Shown: positions 40,933 through 50,999 of the stretch, piece after piece
Layout of the letters: each line of letters starts with the position of its first letter
Position numbering within the stretch: position 1 is the stretch's first letter
DNA from: Acidobacteriota bacterium
GTDB taxonomy: Bacteria; Acidobacteriota; Thermoanaerobaculia; Gp7-AA8
Assembly: GCA_019244185.1 (NCBI GenBank)
Contig: JAFATB010000006.1
Location: 32,001 to 96,000, forward strand
Direction of reading: 5' to 3'
DNA: 64,000 nt
The notes under the pieces: model-generated
Seen by the model: only the letters and a program-made list of their open reading frames with translations
The model's database searches: none
Told to the model about the DNA's origin: nothing
Program-made: the position numbers and the translations under genes

Positions 40933-40973
40933 CCGAATTTCCGTGTCATCATCGCCGTTGTAGACGGTTCCTC

Positions 40974-42365
40974 ATGTTCGACAAGCTCCACGAAGAGTGC
41001 GGTGTCTTCGGCGTCCTCGGCCGCGCGGACGCGGCGAACCTCGTGTACCTCGGCCTGTACGCGCTGCAGCATCGCGGGCAGGAGAGTGCCGGGATCGCGT
41101 CGGTCTCCGACGGGCGCATCCTTTCGGAGAAGGAGATGGGCTACGTCGCCGACGTGTTCTCGCACGAACGGCTCGCGCGCCTGCCCGGCGATACCGCCAT
41201 CGGACACGTGCGCTACTCCACCGCCGGCGGCTCGATGCTCTGCAACGCGCAGCCGATCGTCGCGTCGACGAGCAAAGGCCCCATCGCCGTCGCGCACAAC
41301 GGCAATCTCGTGAACGGCAACGAGCTGCGCAAACAACTCGAAGCCGAAGGCGCGATCTTCAACTCGACCGCCGACAGCGAGGTGATCGTGCACCTCATCG
41401 CGCGTTCGAAGGAGCCCGACCTCGAACGCGCATTCATCGATGCGCTCTCCCGCGTCGAAGGCGCGTACGCGATCGCGCTGCTCGCTCCGGGAAAGATCTT
41501 CGCCGCGCGCGATCCTTACGGCTTCCGGCCGCTCGTCATCGGCAAACTCGACGACGCGTACACGATCTCGTCGGAGACCTGCGCATTCGATCTCATCGGC
41601 GCGGAAACCATCCGCGAGCTGGGCGCGGGCGAGCTCGTCGCCATCGAACATCGCGGCACGATCCCCGCCCTGCGCGTCGTCCGCGAGGCCCGCGCGAATC
41701 GCGAGGCGCGCTGCATCTTCGAACACGTGTACTTTGCGCGCCCCGACTCGGTCGTCTTCGGCAACAACGTCGCCGAGGTCCGCCAGCGCTTCGGCGCCCA
41801 ACTCGCGCGCGAACACCCCATCGACGCCGACATGGTGGTCCCCGTTCCCGACTCCGGCGTCTTCGCCGCACTCGGCTACGCGCTTGAATCCGGCATCCCG
41901 TTCCAGTACGGCCTCGTGCGCAATCACTACGTCGGCCGCACGTTCATCGAGCCGAAACAGTCGATCCGCAATTTCGGCGTGAAGGTGAAACTGAATCCGG
42001 TCCGCGAGCTCGTGAAAGGCAAACGCATCGTGCTGATCGACGACTCGATCGTGCGCGGCACCACGTCGAAGAAAATCGTCCGCATGCTCAAGCAAGCCGG
42101 CGCGGCGGAGGTGCACATGCGCATCTCTTCCCCACCCACCGCCTGGCCCTGCTACTACGGGATCGATACGCCCGAACGCCGCGATCTCATCGGCAGCTCG
42201 CACACGGACGACGAGATCCGCGCGTTCATCGAAGCCGACTCGCTCGGCTACCTCAGCGTCGACGGAATGCTGCAAGCCGTCCAACGCGACAACGACGATC
42301 CCGCCAAACTCTACTGCACCGCCTGCTTCAGCGGCGCGTATCCCGTCGCGGCTGCGTCGGCGTAG
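40974..42365 (+). CDS. purF: Amidophosphoribosyltransferase
   Basis: EECGVFG (Ntn Cys), LQHRGQESAG, GHVRYST, HNGNL, CIFEHVYFARPDS, DDSIVRGTT. Confidence 0.97.
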   Translation: MFDKLHEECGVFGVLGRADAANLVYLGLYALQHRGQESAGIASVSDGRILSEKEMGYVADVFSHERLARLPGDTAIGHVRYSTAGGSMLCNAQPIVASTSKGPIAVAHNGNLVNGNELRKQLEAEGAIFNSTADSEVIVHLIARSKEPDLERAFIDALSRVEGAYAIALLAPGKIFAARDPYGFRPLVIGKLDDAYTISSETCAFDLIGAETIRELGAGELVAIEHRGTIPALRVVREARANREARCIFEHVYFARPDSVVFGNNVAEVRQRFGAQLAREHPIDADMVVPVPDSGVFAALGYALESGIPFQYGLVRNHYVGRTFIEPKQSIRNFGVKVKLNPVRELVKGKRIVLIDDSIVRGTTSKKIVRMLKQAGAAEVHMRISSPPTAWPCYYGIDTPERRDLIGSSHTDDEIRAFIEADSLGYLSVDGMLQAVQRDNDDPAKLYCTACFSGAYPVAAASA

Positions 42366-42541
42366 GGAACGACCGAAGGGCCTCCGGCGGGCCGGCGCGG
42401 CCGGCTGCGCTAAGGGCCTAGCCTAGACGCACGTGCGGTCGCGGTTAACGACGTTGACGGCAGCCGCACGTGCGTACTGGCTAAGCCCTTAGCGCTGCCG
42501 GCCGCGCCGGCCCGCCGGAGGCCCTTCGGTCGTTCCCTACG
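42361..42541. repeat. Long palindromic element, copy 2
   Basis: cgtagggaacgaccgaagggcctccggcgggccggcgcggccggc ... gccggccgcgccggcccgccggaggcccttcggtcgttccctacg, near-perfect inverted arms. Core nearly identical to copy 1. Lies between convergent purF and GGDEF-EAL genes. Confidence 0.93.
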
Positions 42542-45500
42542 TCAACGCGTCGCAATCAGCGGCCGCTCGAACAGGTGGCGGGTGAGCTCTTCGGCGCTGA
42601 CCGGTTTGCTGAAGTAGAAGCCTTGCGCCTCGTCGCAGTTCTTGGTGCGGAGGATGGCCAGTTGCTCGGCGGTCTCGACGCCTTCGGCGACGACGCGGAG
42701 GCGGAGGCTGCGGGCCATGCCGATGACGGCGGAGACGATGGCGGCGTCGCCTTCGCTCGTCGCGAGATCGTTCACGAACGCACGGTCGATCTTCACGGCG
42801 GTGATCGGAAAGCGCTTCAGGTAATTGAGCGACGAATAGCCCATCCCGAAATCGTCGATCGAGATCCCGGTGCCGATCTCGCGGAGTGCGCGGAGGATCT
42901 CCACGGTCACGTCCGCGTTCTGCATCGCCGTCGTCTCCGTGATCTCGAACTCCAGCGCGGACGGCGCGAGGCCGCTGTCGCTGAGAGCGCGCTGCACCAT
43001 CTCCACGAGGTCGTGCTGCTGGAACTGGCGCGCGGAGAGATTCACCGCCACGCGCATCGGTCCGACGCCGCGGTCGTGCCAGTCCTTCATCTGATGGCAT
43101 GCGGTGCGGAGCACCCACTCGCCGAGCGGCACGATCAGTCGCGACTCCTCGGCGATCGGGATGAACTCCGCGGGGCTCACGATGCCGCGCTCCGGATCGT
43201 TCCAGCGGACCAGCGCCTCGACGCCGATCGTGCGGCCGGTGACGAGGCTGATCTGCGGCTGATACGCGAGCATCAGCTGCTCGTCGCGCAGCGCCGTGCG
43301 CAGGCGCGTCTCGAGCGATAGCCGATCGAGCGCGCGCGTCTTCATCTCGTCGGTGCAGAGCTGGTACGTGTTGCGGCCCGCTTCCTTCGCGCGGTACATC
43401 GCGCTGTCCGCGTTGCGCAGCAGCGACTCCGGATCGGCGCCGTCGTTCGGATAGAGCGCGATGCCGACGCTCGCCGTGACCACGATCGGCATCCCGGCGA
43501 TGGTCAGCGGCACCTGCACCGCCTCCAGGATTTTCTGCGCGACGCCCACTGCATCCTCGGGGTGGCGCAGTTCGGAGAGGATGATCGTGAACTCGTCGCC
43601 GCCGAGGCGTGCGACCGTGTCGTCCTCGCGCACGCATTCGCGGAGCCGGCGCGCCATCTCGAGCAGCAGTTCGTCGCCGGCGGTGTGGCCGAGCGTGTCG
43701 TTGATCGTCTTGAAGTGATCGACGTCGATGAACATCACCGCGACCGCTTTCCCGCCGCGCTTCGCGCGCGAGAGGCTGTGACGCAGGCGATCGGTGAACA
43801 GCTTGCGGTTCGGCAGGTGCGTGAGCACGTCGTGGTACGCGTGGAACTCGATCTGCTCTTCCGCGCGCTTGCGGTCGCTGATGTCGACGACCGTCGCGTG
43901 AATCACGCCGGTGAGCGTGTCGCCGACGAGCACGAGATTCTGCAGCACCCACAGGCGATCCTGATCGGATCTGCGCAGCTCGACCTCGACGCTGTTCAGC
44001 GTGCCGACGCCGGCGAGCAGCGACGTCAGCTCGTCGCATTCGCTCGCGTTGGCGTAGAGGGAAGCGGTGCGGCGGCCGACGAGCTCCTGCCGGCTGTAGC
44101 CGAGGAGCGCGGCGAACGTCGCGTTGCAGTCGACGATCTCGCCGTTGATGCGGCTGACGCACACGCCCGCGGCGTTCTGTTCGAACAGCAGCCGGTAGCG
44201 GATCTCCGACTCGCGCAACGCGGCTTCGGCGACGAAGCGCGCGGTCACATCGCGGAAGCTCCAGACGCGGATGTTCGTCAGCTCTTCGACGTGGCGCCCG
44301 ATCGAATAGCGTTCGAAGCGGCGGCCGTCCGTGAGCTCGAGCAGATCGAAGCTCTCCGCTTCCGGCTGCGACAGCAGCGACTCGACCGTATGCTGAAACT
44401 CCTCGGGTTGCGCGAGCTGTGCGAGGACGTACTGCAGCGCGCGGCGGTCGTCGCCGCTGTCCATCACCAGCTGCGGGATACGCCACATCTCGACGAAGCG
44501 CTGGTTGTACGACACGATGCGCCCGCCTTCGCCGATGACCAGGATGCCGTCCGCGGTCGAGTCGAGCGTCGACTGCAGGAGCGTGACTGCTTGTAAGACT
44601 TCGCGCTCGGCGCGTTTGCGGTCGCGGATGTCGCGGCCGATGATCACCGCGCCGGCGGATTCACCATCTGCAATGACCGGCGCGATCGACAGCGTGAGAT
44701 CGACGCGCTCGCCGTTCTGCGCGGCGAACACGTACTCGTCGTTGCGCAGCGAGCGGCGGCCGAGTTTCGACGAGAGCTCGCCGTCCTGCGCGAGCAGATC
44801 GTCGATGCGGCGTCCCGCGAGCTCCTCTTCGCTGCAGCCGAGGAGCGTCGCCGCGGCGCGGTTCGCGAATTCGATGCGTCCTTCGCGGTCGCAGACGAAC
44901 AGCGCGTCCGCCATCGTGCCGATGATCTCCGGCGCGGCGAGCGACGGCGTGAGCGCGATGAGGCCGTAGCGTTGGATCGCGCGGATCGCCACGACGACGA
45001 AACCGAAGATCGCGGCGAAGCCGAACGGATACGCGGCGAGGCCGAACTTCGGCAGATAGTCGACGCAGCCGAAGTACGCGATGCCGAACGCGAGGAGCAG
45101 CTGGCGGATGCGCTGCCGTTCCTCGCCGCGCGCCGCGGGATACGCGCGCGCGAACTCGACGAACGCGGCGATGAGGTAGCCGAAGAAGAACAGCAGGAAC
45201 GCGATGCCGACGTCGACGCGGTAGCGCGGGTAATAGCCCCACCAATAGAGCTGCACGCGCGGGATGAGGCGGTCGCTGGTCACGGCGATCGCGCTGAAGA
45301 ACGCGGCGATGCTCCACGCGGCGACGTGCGCGAGACGGCGGCGGCGTTCGATTCGCAGGAGCTCGACGGTGAACCAGTAGATCGCCGGCGCGATGAACGG
45401 CACGCCGAGGTACGCGCGGCGCGCCCAGCGCAGCGCGTGGCCCGCGTCGCGCGACGCGTACATCATCGTGAACGCCGTCATCCAGACCGCGACCACGCCC

Positions 45501-45643
45501 GCCATCACGAAGAATGCGGAGCTGACGTTCGACGGACGGCGGAAGAGCACGCGCACGCCGAAGGCGAGCATCACCAGCGCGGTGAGCGCGACGGGCACAG
45601 CCGATGTCGTGACTGCATACGCGCCGAAGCTGAGCGCGGCCAT
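42542..45643 (-). CDS. Membrane-bound diguanylate cyclase/phosphodiesterase (7TM-PAS-PAS-PAS-GGDEF-EAL)
   Basis: N-terminal multi-TM domain, three PAS segments (ending RDIRDRK, RDVTAR, DISDRK), RLGGDEF, VEALVRW, IDDFGMGYSSL, AEGVE. Confidence 0.92.
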   Translation of the reverse strand: MAALSFGAYAVTTSAVPVALTALVMLAFGVRVLFRRPSNVSSAFFVMAGVVAVWMTAFTMMYASRDAGHALRWARRAYLGVPFIAPAIYWFTVELLRIERRRRLAHVAAWSIAAFFSAIAVTSDRLIPRVQLYWWGYYPRYRVDVGIAFLLFFFGYLIAAFVEFARAYPAARGEERQRIRQLLLAFGIAYFGCVDYLPKFGLAAYPFGFAAIFGFVVVAIRAIQRYGLIALTPSLAAPEIIGTMADALFVCDREGRIEFANRAAATLLGCSEEELAGRRIDDLLAQDGELSSKLGRRSLRNDEYVFAAQNGERVDLTLSIAPVIADGESAGAVIIGRDIRDRKRAEREVLQAVTLLQSTLDSTADGILVIGEGGRIVSYNQRFVEMWRIPQLVMDSGDDRRALQYVLAQLAQPEEFQHTVESLLSQPEAESFDLLELTDGRRFERYSIGRHVEELTNIRVWSFRDVTARFVAEAALRESEIRYRLLFEQNAAGVCVSRINGEIVDCNATFAALLGYSRQELVGRRTASLYANASECDELTSLLAGVGTLNSVEVELRRSDQDRLWVLQNLVLVGDTLTGVIHATVVDISDRKRAEEQIEFHAYHDVLTHLPNRKLFTDRLRHSLSRAKRGGKAVAVMFIDVDHFKTINDTLGHTAGDELLLEMARRLRECVREDDTVARLGGDEFTIILSELRHPEDAVGVAQKILEAVQVPLTIAGMPIVVTASVGIALYPNDGADPESLLRNADSAMYRAKEAGRNTYQLCTDEMKTRALDRLSLETRLRTALRDEQLMLAYQPQISLVTGRTIGVEALVRWNDPERGIVSPAEFIPIAEESRLIVPLGEWVLRTACHQMKDWHDRGVGPMRVAVNLSARQFQQHDLVEMVQRALSDSGLAPSALEFEITETTAMQNADVTVEILRALREIGTGISIDDFGMGYSSLNYLKRFPITAVKIDRAFVNDLATSEGDAAIVSAVIGMARSLRLRVVAEGVETAEQLAILRTKNCDEAQGFYFSKPVSAEELTRHLFERPLIATR

Positions 45644-45732
45644 GGATCTCCTGGTACGGCTTGCCTGCTGGGAAAAGAGAGCGATTCATTCTAGGGCCAG
45701 GGACGCGCGCGCGTGCATGCGAAGATGGCGGC

Positions 45733-46803
45733 GTGCAGGCCGAGGTCGTCATCGCGGGTGCGGGCGTGGTGGGCGTGAGCATCGCGTATCACCTCGCGCG
45801 GCGCGGCGTGCGGGACGTGCTCGTGCTCGAACGCGCGACCGATTTCGGCGCGGGCAGCACGGCCAAAGCGACCGGCGGCTTTCGCGCGCAGTTCGACAAC
45901 GAGATCGAGGTGCGGATGTCGCTGCTCGCGCGCGAGAAGCTCCGCGCGTTCGCGGAGGAGACCGGCGTCGACTCGGGCTATCGACCGCACGGCTATCTCT
46001 TTCTCGCGTGCAACGACGCCGAGCTGACGATGCTGCGGAACGCGCAGCGCGTGCAGCACGCATGCGGTCTCGCGGAAGCGCGCATGGTCGATGCGGACGA
46101 GGCGCGCGCGCTCAGTCCCGCGATCGGCGATGCGAGCGTGATCGGCGGCGCGTTCTGTCCGACGGACGGTTTTCTGCGGCCGTTGAACGTGTTGCGCGGC
46201 TACGCGGAAGCGGCGCGGCGGCTCGGCGTGCGGTTCGCGTTCGACGTCGAGTTGCGCGACTGGCGCACGAACGGCGCCCGCGTCGTGGCGGCGGAGACGT
46301 CGCAGGGCGTCGTGCACGGAAATGTGTTCATCAACGCGCGCGGCGCGTGGGCGGGCGCGCCGGTGGTGCCGCTGCGGCGGAACGTCGCGGCGACGGTGCC
46401 GACGGATGTCTTCGATGAATCGCTGCCGATGACGATCTGGTCGGGCGACTGGTTTCATCTGCGCGTGCGCGACGGACGCGTGCTGCTGCTTTGGCCGGAC
46501 GATCCGCCGGTCGATGACGACGCGTGGCTCGCGGCGGTGCTGCGCAAGACGCGCGAGCGCGTGCCGCGGCTCGCGAACATCGCCATCGGCGAACGCTGGT
46601 CCGGCCTCTACGAGATGTCTCCCGACGAGCACGCGCTCCTCGGCCGCTCCGCGGACTTCGAGAATCTCTACGTCGCCATCGGCTCGTCGGGCCACGGCGT
46701 GATGCACGCGCCGGCGACGGGCCAGCTGCTCGCGGAGCTCATTGTCGACGGCGCCACGTCATTCGACATCACCGCGCTCTCGCCGTCGCGCTTCACCGGA
46801 TGA
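45733..46803 (+). CDS. FAD-dependent oxidoreductase, sarcosine oxidase beta / DAO family
   Basis: VIAGAGVVG.SIAYHL, GSTAKATGG.RAQF, WSGLYEMSPD, SGHGVMHAPATG. Confidence 0.88.
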   Translation: MQAEVVIAGAGVVGVSIAYHLARRGVRDVLVLERATDFGAGSTAKATGGFRAQFDNEIEVRMSLLAREKLRAFAEETGVDSGYRPHGYLFLACNDAELTMLRNAQRVQHACGLAEARMVDADEARALSPAIGDASVIGGAFCPTDGFLRPLNVLRGYAEAARRLGVRFAFDVELRDWRTNGARVVAAETSQGVVHGNVFINARGAWAGAPVVPLRRNVAATVPTDVFDESLPMTIWSGDWFHLRVRDGRVLLLWPDDPPVDDDAWLAAVLRKTRERVPRLANIAIGERWSGLYEMSPDEHALLGRSADFENLYVAIGSSGHGVMHAPATGQLLAELIVDGATSFDITALSPSRFTG

Positions 46804-47536
46804 GGATCGCGCAGCACGTGACGCCGCCCTCGGCTTTCGCGAGCTCGTCCGCGTCGACCGCGCGCACGTCGATGCCGCGCGCTTCGAGCTTCGCGCGCGT
46901 CTTCGGGAACGCCGTCGGGTAGATGACGGCGTCGCCGGCGAGCAGCGCGTTCGCGGCGAACGGCTCCTCCGCGTCGATGAGGCCGAAGCCCGCGAACGGC
47001 GCGACGTCGATGCACGAGCGATCGACGAGCAGCGTGTTTGGTCCGACGCGCGTGATCGCGGTCTTGAGATGCAGGCAGCCGTGCAGCGGAACGCCGATGA
47101 CTTCGCGGTGCGTCCGTTCGCGCAGCTGCGCGAGCGCGGTCTCGTTCGTCCGGTGCGACAGTCCGACGAAGATGCGGTCGTCGAGAAGGAGCACGTCGCC
47201 GCCGTCGATCGTGGCCGGCGCCTCGATCCACGCGAGCGGACGGTAGCGCGCGAGCACGGGCGCGATCGCGTGCACCTCGTCGCGGCGCGACTCCGCACCG
47301 GGGCGCATGATGACCGCGACGTCGTCGAGCACGACGGCGGTGTCCTCGACGAAGACGCAGTCGGGGAACGCCTCGTCGCCAGGAAGCTCGACGAGCTCGA
47401 AGCCGAGCGACGCGAGAATGTCAAGATATTGACGATGTTGCGCGACGGCACGCGCGTAGTCGATCGGCGTGCGCGCGATGTGCGTGACTTCCGCGCGGTC
47501 GATCGACGGGCTCACCTCGCGCGTCACGGCGATCAC
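46793..47536 (-). CDS. ddaH: Dimethylarginine dimethylaminohydrolase (amidinotransferase superfamily)
   Basis: QHRQY, FPDCVFVEDTA, PGAESRRDE, IDGGDV, LHLKT, KAEGGVTCC. GTG 47536. Confidence 0.88.
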   Translation of the reverse strand: MIAVTREVSPSIDRAEVTHIARTPIDYARAVAQHRQYLDILASLGFELVELPGDEAFPDCVFVEDTAVVLDDVAVIMRPGAESRRDEVHAIAPVLARYRPLAWIEAPATIDGGDVLLLDDRIFVGLSHRTNETALAQLRERTHREVIGVPLHGCLHLKTAITRVGPNTLLVDRSCIDVAPFAGFGLIDAEEPFAANALLAGDAVIYPTAFPKTRAKLEARGIDVRAVDADELAKAEGGVTCCAILIR

Positions 47537-48159
47537 GACGCCGCCTCCACGATCGCCTCGCGGATGAGCTGCGCGTGCGCGACGAGGCCGTGGTCGCCTT
47601 CCTCGATCTCGACGAAGCGCGAGCCGGGCGCGAGTCGTCCCGAGAGCTCCCACTCGCGCCAGCGTTCGGCGACGAGGTCGAACGGCACCGTCTCGTCGTT
47701 GCGTCCCATCACCACCGTCACAGGTGACGGCGGCGGCTCTTCGTCGATGTGCAGGCTCGCCATTTGTTCGAAAAAGGCGCGATGAATCGGCGCGTCGGCG
47801 TTGCGCGCGTAGTTGAAGACGATCACCGGATCGCCGGCCGGCAGCTTCGTCTGCCAGCGCTCCGCGATGCCGAGCGCCGGCGCGATGAGCACGAGCGGCA
47901 CGGCCAGACCCGCGCGCGCGACCGCCAGCGCGACGAGCGCGCCCAGCGAACTGCCGACGACCGCGCGCGGCGGCGTGCGGCGCGCGTGTTCGAGCGCGCG
48001 GGCGACGACCGCGTCGAAGTCGAGCTGCTCGAACGACGGCACGTTGAGATCGGGCGTGTCGAGCGTGATGCCGAACGGCTCGAGCAGCGGCCGCAGCGCC
48101 ACGATTTTCGCGCTCGCCGGCGACGACGCGAACCCGTGGAAGTAGAGAACGGACTTCAC
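47533..48159 (-). CDS. YqiA/YcfP family esterase
   Basis: LYFHGFASSP.S.K, VVGSSLG, GRNDETV, GDH. Confidence 0.85.
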   Translation of the reverse strand: MKSVLYFHGFASSPASAKIVALRPLLEPFGITLDTPDLNVPSFEQLDFDAVVARALEHARRTPPRAVVGSSLGALVALAVARAGLAVPLVLIAPALGIAERWQTKLPAGDPVIVFNYARNADAPIHRAFFEQMASLHIDEEPPPSPVTVVMGRNDETVPFDLVAERWREWELSGRLAPGSRFVEIEEGDHGLVAHAQLIREAIVEAAS

Positions 48160-48225
48160 CACCGCGGCGCATTGTAGTGCGGGCAACGTTGTTGCTGACC
48201 TTCGCGAGCCGAGGGGGGAACTGCC

Positions 48226-48771
48226 ATGAAGAAGCTCCTGACGGCGACCGCGATCCTGCTGCTCTTCGCGTGCGGCAAGAAAGCCGACGAGACCCGCGTA
48301 TCCGACACGAGCGACACCGGCGTGACCACCGGAACGAACGCCACGGCGCCCGCCAGTCCGGCCGAGGTCAGCACCGTCATGCCGACCGACACGGGATCGA
48401 TCGACGGCTCGCCGCAGCCGACCGGCACCAGCGCCACCAACATCCCGGCGAACGCGACCGCCACGCCACCCGCCGGCAACACGAACACCGCGACGCCGAA
48501 CACGAATGCGAATCCGCCCGCGGACGCCGCGCCCGCGCCGACGAATCAGATCGCGGACGGGCAGTCGATCTATCGCGGCAACTGCGAGAGCTGCCACGGC
48601 GCGGACGGCAAGAAGTCCGCGGGCGGCAAGACGCTCGTCTCCGCCGCGACGCAGGCGAAATCGTCCGCGACGCTCGTCCACGACCTCAGCACCGACGCCG
48701 CGCACAAGAGCTTCCGCCTCGGCGCCGCGCAGCTCGAATCGGTGGTTGCATACGTCAAAGCGCTGAAGTAG
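48226..48771 (+). CDS. Lipoprotein monoheme c-type cytochrome with a Thr/Pro-rich linker
   Basis: Lipobox LFAC, long T/P/A/N linker, GQSIY..NCESCHGADG. Confidence 0.85.
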   Translation: MKKLLTATAILLLFACGKKADETRVSDTSDTGVTTGTNATAPASPAEVSTVMPTDTGSIDGSPQPTGTSATNIPANATATPPAGNTNTATPNTNANPPADAAPAPTNQIADGQSIYRGNCESCHGADGKKSAGGKTLVSAATQAKSSATLVHDLSTDAAHKSFRLGAAQLESVVAYVKALK

Positions 48772-48833
48772 CCAAGCGTTCACAGTCCGCCGCCGAGCCC
48801 GCTCTATGATTCCTCCAACAGGAGGAGTCATTT

Positions 48834-49961
48834 ATGCGTCATTCCATCATTGCGTCTGCGCTTGCGCTGCTGCTCGTCCCCGCGGCGTTCGCGCAGCAGA
48901 TCACGCTGCCGCCGAGCGGCGGCAATCAGCGCTCGCACGTGTCGCAGTCGATCGGGCTGGTCACGGTAAGCATCGACTACAGCAGTCCGCACGTCGTGCG
49001 CGGCATCGACCGCCGCGGCCACATCTGGGGCGAGCTCGTTCCCTACGGCCTCACGAACCTCGGCTTCGGCACCTGCACCGAATGCCCGTGGCGCGCGGGC
49101 GCGAACGAGAACACCGTCTTCACGACCTCGCACGACATCAAGGTCGAAGGGCAGCCGCTCCCCGCCGGCAGCTACGGCCTCAGCGTGATCACCGCCGCGA
49201 ACGACGACTGGACGGTGATCTTCTCGAAGAACTCCACCTCGTGGGGCAGCTTCTACTACGACCCGAAGGACGACGCGCTGCGCGTGAAGGTGAAGCCGTC
49301 GAAGAGCGAGTACAACGAGTACCTCACGTACGAGTTCACCGACCGCGAGCAGGAGCGCGCGACCGTCGCGCTCAAGTGGGAAGACATCCAGCTGCCGCTG
49401 CGCATCACGGTCGACAACATGACCGATCTGTACATGGCTTCGATCCGCAACGAGCTGCGGAACGCGAAGGGCTTCTCGTCGCAGGCGTGGGTCGAGGGGG
49501 CGCAATACGCGCTGCAGAACGGCCGCAATGCCGAGGCGCTGGAGTGGGCCAATGCCGCGGTGAACGCGACGTTCATCGGCCAGGAGAACTTCACCACGCT
49601 CTCGACGCTGGCGATGGCGCAGGAAGCGAACGGCAAGATCGCCGAGGCGAAGGCCACGCGCGAGAAGGCGTTCGCGCATCCGACCGCCACGGCGCTCGAT
49701 CTGCATCAGTACGCGCGGCAGCTGCTGGCGAAGGGCGACAAGGCGGAGGCGCTGCGCGTGTGGGAGCTCAACGCGAAGCTGCATCCGAACGTCTGGCCGG
49801 TCAACGTCGGCCTCGCGCGCGGCTACAGCGCGGTGGGACGCTACAAGGACGCGCTGAAGTACGCGAAGCTCGCGCTTGCGCAGGCGCCGGACGGCGTCAA
49901 CAAGCACATGCTCGAGGACGCGGTGAAGGCGCTCGAGGCGGGCAAGGACATGAACTCGTAG
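48834..49961 (+). CDS. DUF2911 domain + TPR secreted protein
   Basis: Signal AFA-Q, IWGELVPYG, WRAGANENT, LPAGSY, WG.F.YDPKDDALR, helical TPR-like C-terminus. Confidence 0.85.
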   Translation: MRHSIIASALALLLVPAAFAQQITLPPSGGNQRSHVSQSIGLVTVSIDYSSPHVVRGIDRRGHIWGELVPYGLTNLGFGTCTECPWRAGANENTVFTTSHDIKVEGQPLPAGSYGLSVITAANDDWTVIFSKNSTSWGSFYYDPKDDALRVKVKPSKSEYNEYLTYEFTDREQERATVALKWEDIQLPLRITVDNMTDLYMASIRNELRNAKGFSSQAWVEGAQYALQNGRNAEALEWANAAVNATFIGQENFTTLSTLAMAQEANGKIAEAKATREKAFAHPTATALDLHQYARQLLAKGDKAEALRVWELNAKLHPNVWPVNVGLARGYSAVGRYKDALKYAKLALAQAPDGVNKHMLEDAVKALEAGKDMNS

Positions 49962-49969
49962 TCCACGTG

Positions 49970-50001
49970 CAACGGCGCGACGCGCACGCGTCGCGCCGTT
50001 G
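49970..50001. terminator. GC-rich hairpin between convergent genes, probable terminator
   Basis: caacggcgcgacgcg-ca-cgcgtcgcgccgttg perfect inverted repeat. Confidence 0.65.
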
Positions 50002-50007
50002 TTTGCA

Positions 50008-50958
50008 TCAGACCTGCGGCCGCAGCGGAATCTTCGGCGTCGCGTCCACCTGCGGTTTGATCACGCCCATCGCCAGCTGCAGCATCGACGTGACGTCCGA
50101 GACGTTCGCCGGCACGACCAGCGACGTGCCGCTCTTGGCGAGCTGGCCGAATTCCTTGATGTACTGCTCGGCGAGCCGCAGTTGCATCGCCTCGTGGCCG
50201 CCCGGAATCTTGATCGTCTCCGCCACGAGTCGGATGCCTTCCGCGGTGGCCGTGGCGATCGCCTGAATGGCGGAGGCCTGTCCTTCGGCCTCGTTGATCT
50301 GCTGCTGCTTCTTCGCTTCCGACGCTTTGATGACCTGCTGCTTCTGTCCCTCGGCCGTGTTGATCGCCGCGTCGCGCTCGCCTTCCGACTGCAGGATGGT
50401 CGCGCGCTTCTCGCGCTCGGCGCGCATCTGCTTCTCCATCGCCGCGAGCACGTCCTGCGGCGGCGTGATGTTCTTGATCTCGTAGCGCAGCACCTTCACG
50501 CCCCACGCCTCGGATGCCTTGTCGACTTCCTGCACGACCTGCGCGTTGATGTTCGTGCGCTCCTCGAAGGTCTTGTCGAGATCGATCTTGCCGATCTCGC
50601 TGCGGAGGTTCGTCTGCGCGAGCTGCGAGATCGCGTACGTGTAGTCGCTGATGCCGTACGACGCGCGCTCGGGATTGAGGATCTTGAAGTACAGCACGCC
50701 GTCGACCGCGACCTGCACGTTGTCCTTGGTGATGCAGACCTGCTCGGGAACGTCGAGCGCGATTTCTTTCAGCGAGTGCTTGTAGCGGACCGTGTCGAGA
50801 AACGGCCAGAGGATGTGCAGGCCGGCGTCGAGCGTCTGATAGAACTTGCCGAGGCGCTCCACGACCCAGGCCTGCTGCTGCGGAACGACGCGGACGATTT
50901 TCGAGATGACGATCATCGCGAAGATCGCGACGACGGCGGCGACGATGAGATTGCCCAT
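50008..50958 (-). CDS. SPFH/band-7 (paraslipin, QmcA-like) protein
   Basis: VVERLGK, CITKDNV, AQTNLRSEIG, WGVKVLRYEIK, MEKQMRAERE, INEAEG. Confidence 0.92.
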   Translation of the reverse strand: MGNLIVAAVVAIFAMIVISKIVRVVPQQQAWVVERLGKFYQTLDAGLHILWPFLDTVRYKHSLKEIALDVPEQVCITKDNVQVAVDGVLYFKILNPERASYGISDYTYAISQLAQTNLRSEIGKIDLDKTFEERTNINAQVVQEVDKASEAWGVKVLRYEIKNITPPQDVLAAMEKQMRAEREKRATILQSEGERDAAINTAEGQKQQVIKASEAKKQQQINEAEGQASAIQAIATATAEGIRLVAETIKIPGGHEAMQLRLAEQYIKEFGQLAKSGTSLVVPANVSDVTSMLQLAMGVIKPQVDATPKIPLRPQV

Positions 50959-50999
50959 GGTTTTCCTCGTGACGGTGATGGAACGTTAACGGCGTTGAC

